The translations under genes were made by a program, and so were the position numbers. A DNA stretch of 64,000 nt, from positions 124,001 to 188,000 of the forward strand of contig QPMI01000444.1 in NCBI GenBank assembly GCA_004431415.1. Direction: 5' to 3'. Of this stretch, positions 61,451 to 64,000 are shown in pieces. Under the pieces are notes generated by a model. The model did not search any database. It was not told where the DNA came from and saw nothing but the letters and a program-made list of their open reading frames with translations. Every line of letters begins with the position of its first letter. The first letter of the stretch is position 1. The stretch is from Cyanophora paradoxa CCMP329 (lineage: Eukaryota > Plantae > Glaucophyta).

Positions 61451-62103
61451 CTCTACTGCTCTGTTGTTCACCTACAAGGCGATGCTACACCAGCACTCCT
61501 CCGGCACTCGGCAGCGCCTCCAGCACTCTGGCCGGCTTCTGTTGTTGCTGACGATGTGCGCTAACGCATACGATGTTGCTCTGTGGTGCTGTCCGCTAGA
61601 GGGGCAACCCCGAAAGCCCTCAGCAGACGACCGCGCTTCGAAGACACCGGCAACAAAATTGGAGACGGGACAAGAACTTCGTACCCCCCCCCTGCCTGCG
61701 GCGGTATTGCGACTGGGCAGCGACCCGGAGCGACCGGCGCGACCCGCCTCGATCTGGACTGTGCAGTTGGCACGCTAAGCAGAGCTAGCGCTAGCTGGCC
61801 CCGGCCCGGCGGTACTGGCGGCCGTCGCGCGCTCAAGGATTCTCTTTAAGTCGTCAAAACTTCGGGACGCACGCCGCGCTTCGGCCGCAGGGCCCGAAGG
61901 GACTCGAGTACGTGCACGTGCCTAGGCCTAAGCGGCACGGCGTTTATGCCCGAGCCGCGCGCGTCTGACCTTCGGGCGCGATGCCGACGCGGTCGAGCTT
62001 AGCTAAGAACGGCTAGTGCTGCAGCAAGCGCACAATAACACTGACGCGCCCGAAGGCCGTGCATTCGTATTATAGAGTAACGAAGAGCGCGCGGCGGTGC
62101 CTC

Positions 62104-62933
62104 TTACAAGCCGGCCTCCGCCGGGGTCTTGGCGATGATCGAGTCTACGGCGTGCACCTGATTGCTCTGCATCTCATCCCTGCGGCAGGGCTTAGTCTTG
62201 AAGCGCTGATCGACGCAAGAGAGAGGGCTTGCCAGATAGCTTTGTAGATCTGCGCCAAACGAGCGGGGAAGCATCAGACGAAAAGCAGCAAGCGATTGTG
62301 GCACCAGGCACGGGACGCGGGCTCACCATGCGGTGCCGGGCAACAACGTTCTTGCCCTCGAACTGAGAGGAGACAATGTCGATCCTGTAATCGCGCGTGA
62401 GGTCCCCGCGCCGCGGCAATCATGAAGCAGCGCGCTTACACGATGTGGCTCGCGTCGCCCGCGTTGTCAATGACCTGCAGCTTCTTGGGAGCGAGAGCAT
62501 CGGTGAGCTGCGTGCAGCGATCGTCAATGCGCCGCTGGATCTCCCAGAGCTCCAGGCAAGCGACGGCGAGTAGCTCCGGACCTTCTTCGACACCTGGGCG
62601 ACGGTGGGGTGCGCTGGTGCGCTGTCGGCCTGTGCACGCGGCGGCTGCGCCACGAACGTCCTCCGCGGCGCGGCGGCGGCGAACTGGGGCGGCTGGTCAG
62701 CATGGGCCGCACTTTGCGGTTCGGGCGACGCGGCTCACGATTGTCTGGCCGAAGAACGAGCGAGCCTCGTTGATGCCAACGCTCCGCACAGCGACTGCGG
62801 CGGCTGGCGGGGGCGGTCGAGGCGAGGCACACTGGAGGGTCGCGGGGCGCGGCTAACCAGGTCGGATGCGGGGGACGGAGATGTGCCCGCGCGGGAACGC
62901 CACCGCCGCCAAGTTCAATGCGAACGCCGACAT
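62104..62933 (-). CDS. BolA-family protein (plastid BolA4-like), multi-exon
   Basis: [46 protein letters not shown]; transit peptide begins MSAFALNL. Confidence 0.88.
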
Positions 62934-64000
62934 CGGAGGCTTTCCGGCAAAAACCTTGACGAGCGGGGTACAGTAGCTCTGGCTCGATTAAACGCCAGCC
63001 GCGCCTCCTGGCTCCCGCATCCGCCGATGGAAAGGTGAGCGCCCGGAAAGATCGATCCGCGCACGCGCGAGCGGCTCCCAGCGGTCTAGCTGCGCCCCCA
63101 GCCGAGCACCTGCTCTCTCGGCCGGGATGCGCTGGTTTGGTTCCCGCCGTTCGCCAGCGCTGGTTCTTCCTCCAACGCGTTCCGGGTTTTTCCGTCCTTG
63201 CGTCTGCGCATTTCCCCGTCGTTCGATATTGCGCTGTCAGAAGAGCGCTGCGTGCGCTCTCGCTGTAGTCTGGGCTTATCATTCGACCCATCGCTTCGAT
63301 CTGTCCGCGGCCACACCGTCGCACTCGCCCGACGAATCCCTCGCGCAGTGGAGCAGGTGGACGCCCGACGGCGCACTCGCCCGACGCTCTTCGCACAGAC
63401 CAGGTGCGAGTGCGGTTCAGCGTCGACACCGCCGCATCGCACTACTCGGCGAGAGAACCGGAGACCGTGAAGCGAATCCTCAGCGACCAGTCTGTGCAGA
63501 TCGCACTTGATTTCGATGAAGGTCCGCTGGGTTTGGCTGGCGGACCGTTTCCCGCCGCCGGCTTACTCTTTTCCTCTGCAGAAGCTCCAGCGGGCGCCAC
63601 GATTCCGGCGCTCTGCGAGGGCCTGCGCAAGTCGCCCGTGGTCCGCCTCGAACTTGTAGGCGAAGGTTCGCTGGCATGGGCTGTATCATGCGCTCATATT
63701 GCGCCTCACCGTTCGCGCGCCCGTTTGCCAGGACCGGAAGCCATGGTGCCAATGCAATTTGCGCGGGCTGCGCGCGACATGCGGTCCGTATCCGGACCCA
63801 GCACCGACCTAGCACCCCGCGAACCATCTGGAAACCTCCTGATCGCTTGCTCTCTTGCGCCAGGTACCTGCGTCACCTCCAGATCACGTCCGCCTCCGTG
63901 TCCGCTTCGTTCCTGGCGGCGTGCGTCGGCGGGTCCTTGCGCAGGTGCCATCCCCTGCAAGGCTTCCTGCTCTTCTAACGTTGAAATGACGCGCAGGGTA

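Noticed and set aside
63030-64000. Possible exons of a gene running off the right edge
   Set aside because: The sequence looks codon-like, but I could not establish a consistent frame, strand or recognisable domain.

Overview
This is gene-dense eukaryotic nuclear DNA with many short (about 50-90 bp) introns, so the ORF track shows only exon fragments. I spliced the gene models by eye, and internal exon boundaries are approximate. Three features point to a flagellated alga with a primary plastid, most likely a glaucophyte such as Cyanophora (inference): plastid-targeted proteins starting with an 'AF' motif (IspD MSTAAF, BolA MSAF), an axonemal Kelch-type outer-arm dynein, and very GC-rich introns. 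Gene order: Cys-motif nuclear protein (-), isoaspartyl peptidase/L-asparaginase (+), TPR-GT41 O-GlcNAc transferase-like protein (+), PP4 catalytic subunit (-), glycerol-3-phosphate dehydrogenase (+), CXC/tesmin protein (-), Spc25 (+), hypothetical (-), ALG6 (-), DDX55 (+), IspD (-), CE4 polysaccharide deacetylase (+), thioredoxin (-), a ~4 kb inverted duplication of an unknown TPR-like gene around a divergent NIP7/BUD31 pair, PPR protein (+), F-box protein (+), dynein alpha heavy chain (-), BolA (-). Most notable: (1) the inverted paralogs have near-identical ends but a strongly diverged middle; (2) the OGT/SEC-like enzyme carries an N-terminal signal/anchor; (3) a 212-bp hairpin-rich dispersed element lies directly upstream of genes; (4) a circularly permuted duplication suggests reinsertion of a DNA circle; (5) intergenic DNA is saturated with short palindromes, GC-AG introns are frequent, and GC content shifts sharply near 29 kb.
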